Origin: a virus
IMG/VR virus record: IMGVR_UViG_3300045988_111115
Span: 1-64,000 of that record
Direction: 5' to 3' (one strand)
Length of the DNA stretch: 64,000 nucleotides
Position 1 is the stretch's first letter, and each line of letters opens with the position of its first letter. Of this stretch, positions 9,542 through 17,897 are shown piece by piece. The position numbers and the translations under genes were made by a program. The notes under the pieces are model-generated. The model did no database searches and had not been told where the DNA came from. It worked only from the letters and a program-made list of their open reading frames with translations.

Positions 9542-9570
9542 TTGACAAAAATTCATAAATGTGTTATACT
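9542..9570 (+). promoter_or_regulatory. Sigma-A-like promoter TTGACA-17-TATACT with TGn extended -10
   Basis: gttgacaaaaattcataaatgtgttatact read directly. Confidence 0.6.
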
Positions 9571-9574
9571 TTTA

Positions 9575-9960
9575 ATGCTGATGAAGTGATTTCTACTATT
9601 GCTAATCGCACCATTCCGATTGGTCGGACTTAAAATAGCAAAGTCCGACCCACCTCAAAGCACAAGATACAGGAAAGTTAAGTGACGTGGTAAATATAAC
9701 ATTGAATGTATGTTTCCTTTATATTATTCAATTTCCCCCCCAAGTTTTAAACTGTAGGTTACTACTTTTGGTCTCCCCTATGGACCTACTTAACTTGACA
9801 TTTGACACTTTCTCGGTGTATGTGTTTTAAGTATCTCAAAATGTGTATCTTGTGTTTTGAGGTGGGTAATCCACCATTGGTGTTTTAGTTGTTTTGGTTA
9901 TAGTAGTCACTATCCAAGGGAATACCTCGTAGCTGAAAAGCTATGGGGTATTTTTATTTT
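9575..9960 (+). ncRNA. Candidate structured RNA of about 380 nt (ncRNA or attenuator/riboswitch-like leader) between promoter and intrinsic terminator
   Basis: No ORF. 9-bp hairpin at 9622-9650. 20-nt long-range complementarity 9651-9670 with 9845-9864 (one G.U). 13-bp stem plus U-run terminator at 9921-9960. Confidence 0.45.
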
Positions 9961-9979
9961 ACAATGAGGAGGAATTGAA

Positions 9980-10366
9980 GTGAGTAATGAAAAGTATGCC
10001 GTAGGGCAGAAGATGTACTCTATTGTCAGAAGTGATGAGATAGCAGAGTACCAAATAGTAAGAGTAGGTAGAAAGTACCTTACTGTAGCACAGGTAGATG
10101 AGAAAAGACAAGTAAGTTATGATGTAAGACAATTTTATGTGGAAGACCTTTATGAGAGAGCCGAAATGGGCACACCTCAAATACTGTTTGCAAGTCGTGA
10201 AGAAGCACAAGAGTATTTGGATAGAAAGCGTATAGCATTTAAGCTATTTCACCATTTTGGAGACTACTATGCAAGTCTCACAAGGTACTCTGCTGACGCA
10301 CTTAGAAAGATTGAAAAGATAGTAGATGAAGAAGAGGAGAGACTTGAAAATGCAGATAAGAGTTAA
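9980..10366 (+). CDS. Hypothetical protein
   Basis: GTG start after a GAGGAGG RBS; 128 aa. Confidence 0.5.
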   Translation: MSNEKYAVGQKMYSIVRSDEIAEYQIVRVGRKYLTVAQVDEKRQVSYDVRQFYVEDLYERAEMGTPQILFASREEAQEYLDRKRIAFKLFHHFGDYYASLTRYSADALRKIEKIVDEEEERLENADKS

Positions 10367-10907
10367 TGAGATATACCGTCATTGTTCAGGGTCTTTTTAT
10401 ACAGTACTTGCAGTATCAAGTTTGAGGGTAAGTAACACAGAGAGCAGAGATATAGTGGTACTAAAGAAGTTATCAGCTAAAGGCGAAGTAGTTACATATT
10501 ACATAGAGGACTTCTTAGCAGAGATAAGTGACACTTTAGCAGATATGTTGGGTCAGAAGTTTAAGTTTGTACAAGTAAAGGACGCTTGCTTTAGCCTTGC
10601 AGAGACTACCACAGAAGCACTTGTACAGGAGTTAAAGTCACGCACTGATAACCCTTATGCTAAAGAGGAAGACCCAAAAGTAATTGAAGTACGTTATGAG
10701 ATAGGAGTTTATCGTCCTTACCCTAAAAAACAGAAAGAGCGTAAAGGACAGTATTACTTTGATAGCTTCTTATCCTTTGACACTAAAGAGGAAGCTATTA
10801 CACATATCAAAAACTACTTTCATAATAATGGGCAGATAGTAATTGCAAGAGTAACAAGAGCAGAGGAGACATCTGTTAGGGAGTTAATTGACAGTACTCT
10901 AATGTAG
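10350..10907 (+). CDS. Hypothetical protein
   Basis: ORF 10326..10907. ATG 10350 preferred because of the GAGGAGAG RBS 8 nt upstream. Confidence 0.5.
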   Translation: MQIRVNEIYRHCSGSFYTVLAVSSLRVSNTESRDIVVLKKLSAKGEVVTYYIEDFLAEISDTLADMLGQKFKFVQVKDACFSLAETTTEALVQELKSRTDNPYAKEEDPKVIEVRYEIGVYRPYPKKQKERKGQYYFDSFLSFDTKEEAITHIKNYFHNNGQIVIARVTRAEETSVRELIDSTLM

Positions 10908-10972
10908 TGCTATAATGCAGACAACACATAATGCAATGTATAACTAAAGCGTATTAGAAAGGAGAATTTAAC

Positions 10973-12079
10973 GTGAGAAGAATTAATAGTGTAGGAGGTG
11001 CTGTTCCAAGAGTACCTGAGGGAACTTTAATAATGCCACATAACCCTCAGTGTTTAGACACTCTTTGGGGAGATGCACTTGATATTCAAATGAAGTGTAA
11101 AGATGTTATAATTGAAGACAGTGGCAATTCTAATCGCTTCTGTTTTTCGTGGTATGTAAATTCAAATGGAGACTTTGTAAAGAGTTTAGACTTTGTTCCT
11201 GATGATGTAATTACTTTAGGAACACCTGTAGATGATAATTATTGTGACGAAGTACACAGAGCATACCTAACTAAATGGTCTTTCGGACAGTTATGTAACA
11301 AAGCAGGAGTACCTACGAGATATATGGATAAGTGTATAAATTCAGGTCTACAACACCTTGTACCTGCTAATATCAATGACTTCTTGATATTTCAGAATAA
11401 AAAATTACTTATCCGTTTGTACAATGACGAAGTAAGAGGTATTCTCGGAAGTAAGTATGTAACTCTTGATACACCTGATATAATTCAGGTAGTTGCACAG
11501 TCACAGTTCCTAAGTGGAGCTAATATAAAAGGTTATGTACTTGACCCAACAAGATTGCACTTACGTTTAGTAATGAATGAGCCTTTAACAGTACAGGGAG
11601 AAGATTTATTCCCTGGTGTTGCTATTACAAGTTCAGATGTCGGTAAGAGTAGCTTAAGAGTACAATTTTTTGTGTATAAAGAAGTATGTACTAATGGACT
11701 TATGTTACCTATTTCGCAGTCTTTAGTCTTTGAGCAGAAGCACATAGGTATAGCTATTGATGAGTTTGCAAGGGACTTAAAAGATAATTTGAGCCAATGT
11801 TCTAAGTATGCCTCTAATGTAAGTGAGAGAATAGGTAAGTTAAAATTTGAGCAAGGACTTAGCCGTAAAGAGTTATCACACCTGTTAAAAATGGGTGCAG
11901 ATAAGACCTTGTTTTCTGAACAAGCTATTGAGGAAGTACTTGACTTGTCTTACTGCAACTACTCACCTACACAGTGGGGTCTGATAAATGCTATAACACA
12001 GTATGCTCAAAGGTTTACTATTGAAAGACGTGTACAGTTTGAAGAGTTTGCAGGTAATTTATTGTATCGAGATATTTGA
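10973..12079 (+). CDS. Hypothetical 368-aa protein, no recognisable motif
   Basis: GTG start after an AAAGGAG RBS. Confidence 0.5.
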   Translation: MRRINSVGGAVPRVPEGTLIMPHNPQCLDTLWGDALDIQMKCKDVIIEDSGNSNRFCFSWYVNSNGDFVKSLDFVPDDVITLGTPVDDNYCDEVHRAYLTKWSFGQLCNKAGVPTRYMDKCINSGLQHLVPANINDFLIFQNKKLLIRLYNDEVRGILGSKYVTLDTPDIIQVVAQSQFLSGANIKGYVLDPTRLHLRLVMNEPLTVQGEDLFPGVAITSSDVGKSSLRVQFFVYKEVCTNGLMLPISQSLVFEQKHIGIAIDEFARDLKDNLSQCSKYASNVSERIGKLKFEQGLSRKELSHLLKMGADKTLFSEQAIEEVLDLSYCNYSPTQWGLINAITQYAQRFTIERRVQFEEFAGNLLYRDI

Positions 12080-12136
12080 CGTTTGAGGTAGTCTGTTATA
12101 TAATTAGTACATAAAACGAGTAAAGGAGAAATGCTT

Positions 12137-12490
12137 ATGCAAGAACAACTATATAACAGACTTATTTCAGATTTAAAAAAGTTGGGTATTCCTTTGAACT
12201 TTGAATTAGAAGTAAAGCCATATAGTAAAAGTTACTATGGGAGATATAACCCTAACACAAATAAGATAACGGTTTATGCCTATGAGGACAAGAACTGTAC
12301 AAGAGTATATTCCTATGATAGTCTTTTGGATACAGTGATACACGAATTTACACATTATATACAGTACACTAACCCAAACTATAAGCGTGTTAAAGGCATA
12401 ATGCACGACAGTAACTTTTGGGTGCTGTGCAACTACTTTAAAGACAGAATAAAGAGTATTAAACTATGGGAGGAGTTGAAAGCAAGTTGA
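12137..12490 (+). CDS. Small putative zinc metallopeptidase-like protein (HEFTH = HExxH motif)
   Basis: VIHEFTHY motif. ATG 12137 has AAAGGAG 9 nt upstream; the ORF-track start is 12131. Confidence 0.45.
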   Translation: MQEQLYNRLISDLKKLGIPLNFELEVKPYSKSYYGRYNPNTNKITVYAYEDKNCTRVYSYDSLLDTVIHEFTHYIQYTNPNYKRVKGIMHDSNFWVLCNYFKDRIKSIKLWEELKAS

Positions 12491-12711
12491 GAAGAGAGTT
12501 TGTAGAGGTAAAAGAAAACCGCTTCTTTAAAGTACTAAACTATATACTTAGTATAGTAGTAGCTTTTATAGGGGTGTTCACTTGCATTACTACTTTCGGA
12601 GCAGTAATTTTAGTGCTTATATCACTATGTCAGCAAGATATGGTAGGTGCTTTGATGTATTCTTTAGTAAGTCTATCTGCAAGTATAATAAACAAATTCA
12701 TATATTCATAG
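12466..12711 (+). CDS. Small membrane protein (two hydrophobic segments)
   Basis: 81-aa ORF with hydrophobic stretches. Confidence 0.4.
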   Translation: MGGVESKLRREFVEVKENRFFKVLNYILSIVVAFIGVFTCITTFGAVILVLISLCQQDMVGALMYSLVSLSASIINKFIYS

Positions 12712-12722
12712 GAGGTAAATCA

Positions 12723-13019
12723 ATGAGTGAAAGTAAAAGTAATTTAGGTATCATAATAGATACCGACCTTGATACATTCAAGGAGGATATGATACAAAGA
12801 CCTATAGGACAGCTTATGTCTTTAAAGAACTTGCTAAGTTTAAAGTATAATCAGGTCAAGAGTGCTTCAACTGAATTGACTAACCAAGCTGTTAAGTTAG
12901 GCAAACAAAAAGACCCTGAGTATGTGCAAACACTACAGGGAATGAATATAGCTATGTTTAAGATAGAACAGAAAGTACTGTTTTTAAATGATAGGATAGA
13001 CGATTTAAGGGTAGATTGA
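12723..13019 (+). CDS. Hypothetical protein
   Basis: In-frame within ORF 12582..13019; ATG 12723 after GGAGGT. Confidence 0.45.
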   Translation: MSESKSNLGIIIDTDLDTFKEDMIQRPIGQLMSLKNLLSLKYNQVKSASTELTNQAVKLGKQKDPEYVQTLQGMNIAMFKIEQKVLFLNDRIDDLRVD

Positions 13020-13108
13020 CACTGAAAATACAGTGTGATATAATAGCTTTACAATGCAAAAAAGCATTATAAATACATTTAATACAATAATATAAGGAGG
13101 TACTTAAT

Positions 13109-14200
13109 ATGTACAACAAGATGAGTAAAGAGGGACTATTTAAAATTCGTGAGGGTATTGATTTGATTATCAATGCTATGAATGAAAAAGACACCGCAGA
13201 CGTTACACCTGTCGAGACAAAGAACGTAAACAAGAATGAAACAAAAACGGCTGATGTACCTAAAGCACCTAAGAAGTCAGCACCTGCACCAGAAGAGCCA
13301 ATGGCACACTTTGATAAAGAAGACCTTGACAGTATGGCATACAACGACCTAAAGAAACTTGCAAGAGATTTGGGTGTATCAGGAGCAGGCTCAAGAGATA
13401 AGATTATTGACCGTATTTTGAGTATTGACCTAAATGCTAATGAAGACGGTGAAGTCTCAGTAAGAGAAGAAGCAAAGGAAGAAGCACCTAAGAAGAGTAA
13501 GGTTGCTAAGAAAATTGGGAAGAAGTCTGAACCTGTTGAAGAAGATGAAGAGCCTGAGGAAGAAGAAGTTGACCCATTGTATGCCCAAGTAATTGAGGCC
13601 ACAAAGGAAATGAGCGTTGAAGAACTCGCAGACACACTATCTGATGTCGGTATTTCACCTAAAGGCAAGAGACAGGCACTAATTGATAAAATTTATAAAG
13701 CAGTACAAGACGGTACTCTATCACTTGATGATGAAGAAGAGGACGAAGATGAAGAGCCTACAGATGAAGTCGAAGAAGAAAGTACTGAAACAGTTGAAGA
13801 CAACAGCGACCTTGAAGATGAAGACGGAGACGAAGATGATGATGTAAATGACCCCGCTAATATGACTACTAAGAGAAAGAAAGCCTGTGAGGAGTACGAA
13901 GACAGTATTACAAACGGCTTTAAGAATGGCGAGTTAAGTGTACAAGAACTTAAAGATTTTTGTACCGAGTTTTACGGAGAAGAAAATGCCGAAGTCATTG
14001 ACGACCTTGAAGATGAGGAACTTCTTGAATACTACATTGACGCAGTTAAGAGAATGATTAATGACGACGGAGAACTTATTGAAGACGGAGCATATGAAGT
14101 GAATGGCGAGTACTTCTGCTGTGGTAGACCTCTACAGTATGCCGAAGATACAAACAAGTATATTTGTGAGATATGCGGAGAAGAATACGAAGCTGAATAA
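13109..14200 (+). CDS. Highly acidic protein with two SAP-like helix motifs and a C-terminal CxxC...CxxC zinc ribbon
   Basis: D/E-rich throughout; LKKLARDLGVSGAGSRDKIIDRIL and LADTLSDVGISPKGKRQALIDKI; CCGRP...CEICGEE. Confidence 0.6.
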   Translation: MYNKMSKEGLFKIREGIDLIINAMNEKDTADVTPVETKNVNKNETKTADVPKAPKKSAPAPEEPMAHFDKEDLDSMAYNDLKKLARDLGVSGAGSRDKIIDRILSIDLNANEDGEVSVREEAKEEAPKKSKVAKKIGKKSEPVEEDEEPEEEEVDPLYAQVIEATKEMSVEELADTLSDVGISPKGKRQALIDKIYKAVQDGTLSLDDEEEDEDEEPTDEVEEESTETVEDNSDLEDEDGDEDDDVNDPANMTTKRKKACEEYEDSITNGFKNGELSVQELKDFCTEFYGEENAEVIDDLEDEELLEYYIDAVKRMINDDGELIEDGAYEVNGEYFCCGRPLQYAEDTNKYICEICGEEYEAE

Positions 14201-14221
14201 TGCCGAGTACTTGAATACAGA

Positions 14222-14255
14222 GGGTAATAGTGTAAGTGCTATTACCCTTTAGTAC
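14222..14255 (+). terminator. Rho-independent terminator (gggtaatag...ctattaccc plus T-rich)
   Basis: 9-bp perfect stem read directly. Confidence 0.55.
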
Positions 14256-14275
14256 TTTATAGAGGAGGAATTAAA

Positions 14276-14854
14276 ATGTATACACTGTATGCAAATAATA
14301 ACTTAAGTATTGATGTTATCTCTGTTGCAAAAGACGGTCTTAAACTGCTTGAAGATAACGACACGAAAGCTAAAGAGCAAGGTTATATACCTGTTTATAT
14401 GTCAGTAGCTATACGCAGTACAGACAATAATATAATTGCTTATACAGAGGATATAACCTCTACTCAAAAGATGTTATGTAAGTCTACTAAGATATGTTCA
14501 GAATATCCTAATAAGTTGGATAAACCACTGTTTGATTATGTACTGCTCAATGCACAAAAAGTACTAAGAGAAATAACAGACCTTGACAACTTATCAGGTG
14601 GTGAAGCTAAGTTAGCTTTAAAGACTTTTCCTCAATGCGGGCAAGACAGTTATTTCAAAGTGCAAGATGAGGGAGTACATTTTATGTGCTATGTAATTAT
14701 GGAAGAGAACTACTTTCATAATGAGTATAAGACACAAGAGGGTTATACTAAGATGAGCATTTATGACCTTGATAAAGATACTCTTGACCCTGTATCTAAA
14801 GTGTTTTTAAAGCACTTTACACACGTACAGAAAGGGGGAAGTGCAAATGTCTGA
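14276..14854 (+). CDS. Hypothetical protein
   Basis: 192-aa ORF with GAGGAGG RBS. Confidence 0.5.
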   Translation: MYTLYANNNLSIDVISVAKDGLKLLEDNDTKAKEQGYIPVYMSVAIRSTDNNIIAYTEDITSTQKMLCKSTKICSEYPNKLDKPLFDYVLLNAQKVLREITDLDNLSGGEAKLALKTFPQCGQDSYFKVQDEGVHFMCYVIMEENYFHNEYKTQEGYTKMSIYDLDKDTLDPVSKVFLKHFTHVQKGGSANV

Positions 14855-15230
14855 TAACTATACTACAACAGGCACGTTTACAAACATTGATATAACACAC
14901 AAGCCAAAACGTATGCAGGGAGAAAACTTTAAGAATACACCCTTACATATAGGCTTAAAAGATGAAGACCAACCTATTACAGCAAAGGAGAAAGGTACTG
15001 TACCTACATACATTACACTTGAAAGAGCCATAGCATACTTTGAGGAGCAGTCTAACTCTTTAACCCCTGAGGGTAAGTTCTATAGTGCCACTGCTGATTG
15101 GTTGAAAGAACTCTTAGAGATAAGAGCCAATAAGGTAGTAAATGTTACAAAAGCACTTGTAGCAACAGCAAAGGATAAATTTATAGAAGACCTTGCTACT
15201 ACTAATGAAAGTGGGGGAAGTAAAAGATGA
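14847..15230 (+). CDS. Hypothetical protein
   Basis: ORF 14841..15230; ATG 14847 after a GGGGGAAG RBS. Confidence 0.45.
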   Translation: MSDNYTTTGTFTNIDITHKPKRMQGENFKNTPLHIGLKDEDQPITAKEKGTVPTYITLERAIAYFEEQSNSLTPEGKFYSATADWLKELLEIRANKVVNVTKALVATAKDKFIEDLATTNESGGSKR

Positions 15231-15814
15231 AAGCTGAGATTAAGGTAAATGATAAAGTAATTGAAGTAGAACTAACTACAGAACAAATACAAGAGTTAGG
15301 ACTATTTGATGAGCCAAAGAAAAAGAAAACGGGTTTTGAGCCTACATCAATAGGCGGAGACTATTATATTATAACAACTCATAATGTTGAAAAGCATATT
15401 AATAGAGGGAATGGAAATGATATTCAGAATCGGGCTTCAGATAACTATTTCACAAGTTATGACCTTGCTTCTGATTTAAGAAGAGCCTTTCATCTTAATC
15501 TCCGAATGTTAAAGTGGCAAGCAGAAAATGATGAACCTGCATATGCTTATGACATAGAGGGCTTTGCTTTTGGCCGTTATATTATAACTTACTTCTATAA
15601 TGCTAATACCTATACAGGAGACTTGTGTCCTAAGTGTGTTAAGCCTGAATACAGTTCACCATTTATGGTGTACTTTAGTTCTGAAGAGAAAGCGTGGAAA
15701 GCTATAGAAGAGTTTAGAAGAGATTTAATATGGTATCACGAAGCATTTAAGTGTAGAAGAGATACTATAACCGAAAGTGATATAAGAGTGAAAAATGGAG
15801 GGCAATTATGTTGA
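15227..15814 (+). CDS. Hypothetical protein (CPKC motif)
   Basis: 195-aa ORF with ATGA overlap. Confidence 0.5.
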   Translation: MKAEIKVNDKVIEVELTTEQIQELGLFDEPKKKKTGFEPTSIGGDYYIITTHNVEKHINRGNGNDIQNRASDNYFTSYDLASDLRRAFHLNLRMLKWQAENDEPAYAYDIEGFAFGRYIITYFYNANTYTGDLCPKCVKPEYSSPFMVYFSSEEKAWKAIEEFRRDLIWYHEAFKCRRDTITESDIRVKNGGQLC

Positions 15815-16680
15815 GGAAGATTATACCCTTAGTCAATAACCTAAGTAAGCTTTATATCCTTAATGAAGAGGGTGTACCTTGTTTTGTACACTCTAAGGAA
15901 TACCCTAATGTTGCAACACAACCAATAGTGCCACGCTTCAATGGTTATACCTGTGTTGAAGACTATATGAAAGATGATATAAAATACATAGTACCTATGA
16001 CCGCAAAAGAGATTGAAAGCAAGGAAGAGCAGTTAGAAAAGTTGCAGAGTAAAGACTTCTATGTTGAAGAAAAGTTTGACGGTACAAGAGGTATAATGCA
16101 CTTTTATACTTGTGACCCAAAAACACTTAGAGAAAAGTACTACCCGAACTATAAGGAAGATGAAAAGCAGTATCTAAGTGTATGCCTGTTACAAGGAAGC
16201 TCGATTGTAGACGGTAAACGCAGAATTTATGACTACTTTCTGACACACTCTAAGTCTAAGGATAGAGTAGACTTTTTAAAGCAAGAGTATGGTATAGGAG
16301 GGTATACAGGTTATCCCATATCTTGTAGCTTTAACAGTAAAGGTTTTACTATAGATATGCCAAGTGACAAAGAGATAAATGGACGTTATAGTAAAAGCAT
16401 AACTTACACGTGGAAAACTATTGCCGAAGAGATACAACACCTGATAGATATAAAGCACTACTATGCACAAAAGGGTTATACAAGAGTGTTCAGTAGACGT
16501 GAAAGCAAAAAGACAGGTTGGCTCACTGAGAATACAGATAGTGTACCACAGCTAAGAGATTTAAACCGACCTGAACTTGCAGGTACTATAATTGATGGTG
16601 AGATGTTTATACCTAATCAACCTTTTAAAGCTGTAGCAAGTACCCTAAACTGTAAGTGGGTAACTAAACTGTTACAATAA
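15808..16680 (+). CDS. ATP-dependent DNA ligase, 5' exon or N-terminal fragment (motif I KFDGTRG, motif IV IIDGEM). The frame stops at the insertion boundary
   Basis: EEKFDGTRG is the KxDGxR adenylation motif and DGEMF is motif IV. Motifs V and VI are absent here and found in ORF 19216..20232. Confidence 0.8.
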   Translation: MLRKIIPLVNNLSKLYILNEEGVPCFVHSKEYPNVATQPIVPRFNGYTCVEDYMKDDIKYIVPMTAKEIESKEEQLEKLQSKDFYVEEKFDGTRGIMHFYTCDPKTLREKYYPNYKEDEKQYLSVCLLQGSSIVDGKRRIYDYFLTHSKSKDRVDFLKQEYGIGGYTGYPISCSFNSKGFTIDMPSDKEINGRYSKSITYTWKTIAEEIQHLIDIKHYYAQKGYTRVFSRRESKKTGWLTENTDSVPQLRDLNRPELAGTIIDGEMFIPNQPFKAVASTLNCKWVTKLLQ

Positions 16681-17200
16681 ATATAAACAAATCTGCACAA
16701 ATTTGTGCAGTGGTATAGATTTTATTAAGCAGAAAGCCCTTTGTATCGAGAAATCGGTGCAAACTCAGTGTTAATTGCTTTTAATCCCTAAAGCCTTACA
16801 CCTAAACAGTAATCCGAAAGGATAAACTGAACGGTACGAAAGTAGAAAAAACGTAAGGATGGCATATGGTGAAATAAAAGTACCTCAGTGTTAATGATAG
16901 GACAGATAATTTCTGACGTGACACATTAAAAACGGGTATCCTAAGTGCTTAAGCAATGGGTGTTTAGCAGCGAAAGCCCTAAGTCTTTTTATAAGATATG
17001 GGACACGTTCAACGACTATCTCCTTGAGGGAGAGTAAAACCACAAGCTAATGGTGGAAGAAAAATACTGCCCCACACTACTATGTGGGTGAAGATATAGT
17101 CTACGCTTATGTGAAAGCATAAGAGGTCTGTCGGTAACGATAAGACTGCTATAAGGTTGCGACTTATAGTGAATGAGATAAATATATACATATTTAATTT
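16681..17200 (+). ncRNA. Group I intron catalytic core (P4: aattgctttt 16773-84 with aagcaat 16951-57; R gttcaacgactat 17007-19; P8 hairpin 17071-88; S aagatatagtct 17091-102)
   Basis: Matches R consensus GUUCA.GACUA and S consensus AAGAUAUAGUCY; P7 gacta:tagtc; 18-nt perfect palindrome 16693-16710. Confidence 0.65.
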
Positions 17201-17261
17201 ATTTATATAAATCTATTGACAACAATATAAAATTATGATACCATAGATATATAAAAATAAT

Positions 17262-17897
17262 ATGGTGGTGAATTTTATGGAATTGTTAAGCATAGGTAAA
17301 TTTGCTAAAACTGTAGGAGTAACTACGACAACATTAAGAAGAATGCATCAAAGTGGCGAGTTAATTCCTGCACATATTTCAAATGGTGGAACAAGGTATT
17401 ATTCTACGGAACAATTAAAATTATTCCAATCAAGTAATAATGAAAGAATAGTTATTGGTTATTGTAGAGTAAGTACTCCATCACAAAAAGACGATTTAGA
17501 AACACAAGTACAAAATGTTAAATCATATATGTATGCTAAGGGATATAAATTTGACATTATAAAAGACATTGGTTCGGGTATAAATTATAAAAAGAAAGGT
17601 TTAAAAGAACTCATTAATAGGATAGAAAATAATGAAGTTTCTAAAGTTGTAATTTTATATAAAGATAGGTTGATTCGATTTGGATTTGAATTAATTGAAT
17701 ATTTGTGTGAAATTAATAACGTAGAAATAGAAGTTATAGACAATTCGGAATGTAGTAAAGAGAAAGAATTAACAGATGATTTAATTCAAATTATTACAGT
17801 TTTTGCGAATAGATTGTATGGACAACGTTCAAAGAAAACAAAACGACTTATTAATGAGGTGAGAAACAATGCTGATAACAAAGAAAATCAGACTTAA
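17262..17897 (+). CDS. tnpA: IS607-family TnpA: serine recombinase with an N-terminal MerR-like HTH
   Basis: LSIGKFAKTVGVTTTTLRR HTH; IGYCRVSTPSQKDD catalytic Ser motif; alternative start 17277; upstream TTGACA at 17215. Confidence 0.8.
   Translation: MVVNFMELLSIGKFAKTVGVTTTTLRRMHQSGELIPAHISNGGTRYYSTEQLKLFQSSNNERIVIGYCRVSTPSQKDDLETQVQNVKSYMYAKGYKFDIIKDIGSGINYKKKGLKELINRIENNEVSKVVILYKDRLIRFGFELIEYLCEINNVEIEVIDNSECSKEKELTDDLIQIITVFANRLYGQRSKKTKRLINEVRNNADNKENQT

Noticed and set aside
12958-13668. 236-aa Ser-rich ORF on the minus strand
   Set aside because: It is antisense to the acidic protein gene. Its reading frame is an artefact of GA/CT-rich codon repeats, and it has no RBS.
17215-17245. 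TTGACA-17-TACCAT as a promoter for tnpA inside the intron
   Set aside because: The -10 is weak (4 of 6). It is plausible but cannot be distinguished from chance. It is noted only in the tnpA evidence.
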